The notes beneath the pieces are model-generated. The model searched no databases, was not told the origin of the DNA, and saw nothing but the letters and a program-made list of their open reading frames with translations. Below are positions 61,481-64,000 of a stretch of 64,000 nt of DNA, piece by piece. Origin of the DNA: Felis catus (lineage: Eukaryota); NCBI RefSeq assembly GCF_018350175.1, contig NC_058382.1:54748001-54812000 (forward strand), read 5' to 3'. Position 1 is the stretch's first letter. Every line of letters begins with the position of its first letter. Both the position numbers and the translations under genes were made by a program.

Positions 61481-62245
61481 CTTCAGTCCTTTCAGTGTCG
61501 GACGGGTGAAATAACTCGAAGTTCTTCCTCATGCTGCTTCTGGTTCCGCTTCACCGTACCTGACCTCACGCAGGAAGGAGATCTCCTGTGATAGCACTTG
61601 AAAAACCGCTATCAATTCAAACACGTATTTTACAAATAATTGTTGAAGGTCTATTCTTTGCAAACCGCTGGGCTACATTGTAGAGTTATGGTGATAAAGA
61701 GGACTCTGGCCTCAAGGAACTTCCAGTTAAATAGATAGGAAATGGGGTATGTACTTAAATATTGCAATAAAAACAGAACTTGATGAACCCATAAAATAAA
61801 GTGCTTGGGAAATTTATAGCAGGAGAAATTATTATTGCCTGCATGGAGGTGAGGGCAGAGGTGCAGCCTGTGGAGGATGGGGTGACCGAGAAGCACTTTT
61901 TGTAGAACTGGCATTGAAACCAATCTTTACGAGACGGGTAGGAACTGAATGTGCACAGACGGTACCAGGAGAGATCAGAAGCAGGGTAGGGAGACGTGGG
62001 GCAGGTGTAGGGATCGGAACTTAAACCATTATAAAGCTTTGTGATTTAGCCTTCAGATGTTTAGAGACTTCGACAGTACAGTGATTCGTTTTTCGTGGGC
62101 TTTGAAAGGATCTGCTTTTAGGGAGGTCTGACATAGTGCTCATATCTACAGGACTCTTAGCCATTTCTCACTTCCACCTGCTGAGAGAAAACTGTACTTG
62201 TTAAAAGGGATCCTTCATTGTGAAAACACATGACACTATAGTCAA

Positions 62246-62915
62246 CTTTTTTTTTATGTTTATTTTTTGAGAGAGACAGAGAGAGAGAGCGTGAGCAGGG
62301 GAGGGGAAGAGAAAGAGGGGAGCAGAGGATCCAATGTGGGCTCCGCACTGACAGCACTGTGCCTGATGTGGAGCTTGAACTCATGAACCGCGAGATCTTG
62401 ACCTGAGCCGAAGTGGGACGCTCAACTGACTGACCCACCCAGGCACCCACCACCACCACCACCCCCCCTCCCCGCCCCCGGCCCTTTTGTTTCTTAAAGT
62501 ATAGTTAACTTTTTTTTTTTTAATGTTTATTTACTTGTCAGAGAGAGACAGAGCGCAAACGGGGGAGGGCTAGAGAGAGAGGGAGACACAGAATCTGAAG
62601 CAGGCCCCTGGCTGTGAGCTTGCTGTCAGCACAGGGCCTGACGCGGGGCTCAAACTCACGGACCGCAAGATCATGACCTGAGCCGAAGTTGGCCATTCAA
62701 CCGACTGAGCCACCCAGGCGCCTCTTATCTTTTATTTTTTAATGTTTTTTTCTTTTTCTTTTTTTTTTTTCTTTTTGAGAAAGAGAGGGAGACAGGATCA
62801 GAAGCAGGCTCCAAGCTGACAGCAACAAGCCCGATGCGGGGCTCAAACTCATTTACTGTGATCATGACTTGAGCCAAAGTTGGACGCTTCACCGACTGAG
62901 CCTCCGAGGTGCCCC
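62246..62915 (-). mobile_element. Three CanSINEs (62246-62448, 62510-62722, about 62735-62915)
   Basis: Three reverse SINE bodies. Confidence 0.9.
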
Positions 62916-64000
62916 TGAAATACCTCTTGAGTAAAACAATTTATTTCAGTAGGAATTGTAGGGGCAACAGCAGACCTGAAATACAAGGAGGAAACAAGGC
63001 TGTCTACGTATCTTCTTCGCATTCTGTCCCATCAGTTTCATCTTCTCGGGGTCTTCAGGGGCTCCCAAGGCTTCCCGAGGCTTCCCGCTGGCACCAGGAT
63101 GGACTGGCTTCCTTCTGCTTGTATACAGACAGCTGTTGCCCTAAGACCATTCTGCACCATTCCCTGCATTCACTGCACTTCTTCCCAGAGTTGGGCCATG
63201 TCTTTCCATGACTGAAATCTTCCTTTTTCTTGATGTACTCACTTGTTTGTTGGGGCACGTCTTCTAGCAGCACACTGAGAAGGCCGCATGGGAGATCGTT
63301 TGTTTTGAGACCACGTACAGCTGAAAATATCTGCCCTATCCTGACATTTGGCTGGGTATAAAAATGTAGGTTGGAAATAATTTTCCTTCAGAATTTTGAA
63401 GTTATGTGCTCTTGGGGTAGACCTATGTCCTTATCTTTGGGCCTTTGCTTTCAGGGCTGATCAAATCCTCCGGGTATTTTTGTCTGGAGAATATAGGTCT
63501 GGTTTTCAACATTTTAAGAGCAGAATTGAGGGGGAAAAGATTGATGGTCGCAGCATTCAGTATGTCAACAACTCTTTGCTCTCTCTGTTTCTGGTGCAGT
63601 ATATACCCACCCTCAAACGTGCCTGATATTCCCCCCTGTCCAGACCTAGCCTCAGTCTTACACCCTTCAGGGTGTAAATCACTTGTCTTCCACTGGCGCT
63701 GGGGAGGGCCTCACAGGGAGTCTCATAGGTCCGTGGAGGCAGGACCTGGGAATTCGACTCCTTATCACTACCATCACCCTGCGTGTGTTTTCTGCTCATG
63801 ACTCAGCCTCCTTTCACAGCTGCCCTTTACGACCAGTTCCCAGCCTCCAGGGGTGGGGTTGGGATCTTAAGTCAAATTTAGGTTCACTGCTAAGTTACAA
63901 ACATCTTTTAGACGTCAAGTAAGGTCCCAGCTCTTAAACAAGACCCAAAAAGCATTCACTGTGAAAAAATTCTTCACGTTCTTCATCACCTTTAACAAAA

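Noticed and set aside
37053..64000. GAN exon 2 (expected TKLNYNPPKDDGSTYKIELEG...) or a nested gene
   Set aside because: I recognised no matching sequence or other credible spliced ORF, so exon 2 is presumably beyond the window. A manual read could miss small non-coding exons.

Overview
This is mammalian genomic DNA from a felid, most likely domestic cat or a close relative. The assignment rests on about 37 tRNA-derived CanSINEs of the feliform SINEC_Fc type. The window holds the last four coding exons of BCO1 (beta-carotene 15,15'-oxygenase; exons 8-11 by human numbering, + strand, 7183-14542), a roughly 21 kb repeat-rich intergenic spacer, and the CpG-island promoter and first coding exon of GAN (gigaxonin, + strand, ATG at 36886). 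About 27 kb of GAN intron 1 follows; exon 2 was not found in the window. BCO1 followed by GAN matches the human 16q23 gene order. A full-length RPS21 processed pseudogene with target-site duplications (TSDs) lies antisense in GAN intron 1. The rest is SINEs, old L1/L2/MIR fragments, a solo LTR, a MaLR LTR, hAT MITEs and microsatellites. Nearly all ORFs in the supplied track are spurious. I found no convincing new gene system. The best leads are: (i) a 5'-truncated L1 and a whole SINE enclosed by a single TSD, a candidate 3' transduction; (ii) intact BCO1 3' exons carrying Gln in a normally Glu WxE motif, in a lineage known for poor carotene conversion; (iii) three SINEs stacked at one re-used target site; (iv) inverted SINEs flanking BCO1 exons 8-9. 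Protein and repeat-family identifications come from recalled sequences, not database searches, and boundaries of old repeats are approximate.
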